This document shows positions 61,170-64,000 of a stretch of DNA of 64,000 nucleotides, in pieces. Where the stretch lies: positions 116,376,001-116,440,000 of the forward strand of contig NC_086108.1 of the NCBI RefSeq assembly GCF_963921235.1, given 5' to 3'. Below the pieces are notes generated by a model. It saw only the letters and a list, made by a program, of their open reading frames with translations. It was not told where the DNA came from and made no database searches. The stretch's first letter is position 1; each line of letters opens with the position of its first letter. The DNA is from Mobula hypostoma. Taxonomy: Eukaryota. The position numbers and the translations under genes are program-made.

Positions 61170-62589
61170 TCGGAGTTAATCCAGTCTAAACCAGCCAATA
61201 GCCAGGCGAACCTCTTCTGCACCCTCTCCAAAACCTCCACCTCTTTCCTGCAATGGGTGAGCAGAATTGCTCAAAGGACTCTGGATGTGGCCTTACTAGA
61301 GTCTTATAAAGCTTCACAATGACTTTCCCCCTTTTATCGTCACCACCCTGACTGTTGGAAGACAGAATGCCGTTCATCTTCTTTACCGTCTCGCCTCTTC
61401 CCGAGAACTATGGCCTTGAACCACCAGGTATCGCCCTTCCAAGGGTCACGACATTGATTGTGCACTTTCCTCTTACATTTGTCCTCTCCGAAGTGCATCA
61501 CCGCACACTTCCCCCGATTAAATACGTCTGCCATTTCTCTGCTCAGATCTGCAACTGTTCTCCATCCTGCCGTGCCCTTCGCCACCCATTACAAACTTAC
61601 CTATCCCCAAATCATGTATAAATATCACAGACAACAGAGGAGCCAGCACTGATCCCTGAGGAACACAACTGTTCCCAGATCTCCACTCAGAATAACACCC
61701 ACCGCCACCATCACGAACCTCCCCATGGGAAAGCCCATTTGAATTCAATCTGCTAAATCACCATGGATTCTTCGTACCTTACACAATCTACCATGATGGA
61801 CCTTCTCAAATGCCTCACTGAAGTTCACGTAAACAATGTCCTGGGCCCAATCCTCACGAGGTTGGCAGGATAGGTCAGGGGCCGGCTTTTTACACAGAGA
61901 GTGGTGGAGTGTGTGGAATGGGCTCCCGGCGACGGTGGTGGAAGCGGATACGATAGGGTCTTTTAAGAGACTCCTGGATAGGTAGAAAAATACCTTAGAG
62001 CTTAGAAAAGTAGAGGGCTATGGGTAACGCTAGGTAATTTAAGTACATGTTGGGCGCAACATCGTGGGTCGAAGAGCATGTATTGTGCTCTAGGTTTTCT
62101 ATGCATCTATGAAATGACCTCCAGGCATAAAGTCAAGCTGTCTATTGCGAATGTCCACGTTTTTCCAAATGTGAGCAAACTCTGTTCCTAAGAATCTTGA
62201 AGAATAATTTCCCTTTCACTGATGATCTTGATGAGACTTTTCAAACATAGGAACAAAGCTGGTCATTCTCCAGTCATCTGACCTCAGCGGTACTTAGAGA
62301 GGACACAGAGATCTCTGTGCGGGCCGTTTATCTTTCTCAGTCACCTGAAACAGATCCCATCAGGCCTCGGGGACTCTGCCACCTTAATGTTCCCCGGAGG
62401 GACCATGGGATATCCGCTATGTCCTTTTCCTTGGTGAATACCAGTAAAGGAGGACGAGAGGTGACTTTGATAGAGATTATAAGACTTTGACTTTGACAAG
62501 ATGGTAAGAGGCATAGCTCAAGTGGACAGCCAGAGACTTTTCCCCAATATGGAAATGACTCATAATAAGTTCTAAGTCATGGATTCAAA

Positions 62590-63250
62590 ATTTGGGCCTG
62601 AGGGTGGAGGAGCTAGGGGCCAGAGGGGATTACGGAGACAGAGATGGGTCAAAGATGGAGATGGGTGTAGGGGCCAAAGGGGTTACAGAGATGGAGATGT
62701 GTGTAGGAGCTAGAGGAGTTACAGAGACAGAGATGGGTGTAGGCGCCAGAGGGGTTACAGAGAGGGAGATAGATTTAGGGGTCAGAGGGGCGTTACAGAG
62801 GTAGAGATGGATTTAGGGGCTAGATGGGGTTTGTAGAGACGGGGAGGAGAGTAGAGGCCGCAGGAAGTTGTTACATATACAGGGAACAGGGTGGGGGCCA
62901 AGATGGGGTGAATTTACAGATACAGGGAAGGGTATAGACAGCGGAGAGGGTACAGAGACGGGGAGGGGTGCATGGGCTGGAGAGGGGCTACAGAGACAGT
63001 AAATTGTGGGAGACGGGAAAGGGCGTAGGGTACGGTACGCAAGATTTACAGATACAGGGAAGGGTATAGAGACCGGAGGGGGTACAGAGACGGGGAGGGG
63101 TGCATGGGCCGGAGAGGGGCTACAGAGACAGTAAATTGTGGGAGACGGGAAAGGGCGTAGGGTATGGTACGGAAGATTTACAGGGAAAGGGAAGGCTGTA
63201 GGTGTCGGTGGTGTTCACAAAGACAGGGAGGTGAACAGGACCAGAAGGGA
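62590..63250 (+). repeat. Degenerate purine-rich tandem repeat including a 132-bp tandem duplication
   Basis: TTTACAG marker at 62913, 63045 and 63177. Confidence 0.75.
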
Positions 63251-63654
63251 ATTACAAAAAAGAGGAGAGCAGAGGTCGCTCTGTGTTCCAGCCCCGTCTC
63301 ACCTCCTCCCTGCACACACACATATACCAGTGCCCGGGGAATCCGGGAGCTCACAGTGTAATATTGAAGGTGGGAAATAAACGGATTATCCGTGAGTTTA
63401 TTGGTTTATTGCAACCTGGCGCGTCACCATGGAAACAATACCGAGACACAGTGAAGACATAATGTGCCTCTAAATCGATCAGAGCGGATGAACATTGACG
63501 AGGCGAGGAGTTTGTTTACCAAAGTGCTTCAGCTCAGGAGGCCTTTCGCTCCATCCAGCCGATTCTAGCCCTCGGAAAGAGTCTCCTGTCAAATCCACTC
63601 CACCGAAGCTTGAAGCTTGAATAGCGAACTATAGAGCACTAGAGACATAGAGTT

Positions 63655-63960
63655 AAAATTCAAAGTTCAAAGTAAATTTATTATCAAAATATATACTGTA
63701 TATGCCACCATATATGTGTCGGAGAATCATTTTCTTGCGGGTATTCACAATAGAAACGAAGAAACACAACGAAATCAATGAGAATCTGAAGAAGACAAAG
63801 ACGAACAAACGACCAATGTGCAAAAGGCAACAAACTGCAATCCATAAATTAAAATAGTAATTGATAATATTGAGAACATGAGTTGTAGAGTCCTTGAAAT
63901 TGAGTTGATAGGTTGTGAAATAAGTTCAGTGTTGGGTGAGCGAAGTTATCCACGCTGGTT
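63655..63960 (-). mobile_element. LINE (L2/Rex1-type) 3' tail
   Basis: TTCAAAGTTCAAAGTAAATTTATTATCAAA reverse-complement 3' end. Confidence 0.6.
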
Positions 63961-64000
63961 CTGGAGAGAAAGGGAACATGACGTCGGGTATGACGGCACA

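Noticed and set aside
36330..64000. VAV-family terminal SH3 exons expected tail-to-tail with NTNG1
   Set aside because: I found no GWFP/SH3-like exon on the minus strand by eye, so VAV synteny cannot be claimed from this window.

Overview
This is eukaryotic genomic DNA, most likely from a cartilaginous fish (inferred from the CR1/L2-Rex1/Penelope-like/SINE repeat repertoire). It is GC-rich, roughly three-quarters repeats, and has one 200-N gap (6689-6888). The only securely supported gene is the 3' part of a GPI-anchored netrin-G family gene on the + strand. Its five coding exons (22169-22341, a 27-nt microexon 23976-24002, 31378-31545, 34317-34451, 36100-36329) have canonical AG/GT sites and splice into one open frame: three laminin-EGF domains, an EGF domain and a GPI-type tail. 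The N-terminal laminin (LN) exons were not found in the window. The protein has NTNG1-like exon architecture but mixed NTNG1/NTNG2 residues and an unusually His-rich LE2, so it may be a divergent third netrin-G paralog. The rest is large G-rich minisatellites with higher-order structure, multi-level nested LINE insertions, a mariner foldback MITE and Penelope-derived hairpins with hammerhead-ribozyme-like cores. It also holds an invertebrate-looking LINE split by a CR1 insertion, an RTE-like 5' fragment, and weak evidence for a convergent spliced minus-strand gene. Almost all ORF-track entries are repeat artefacts.
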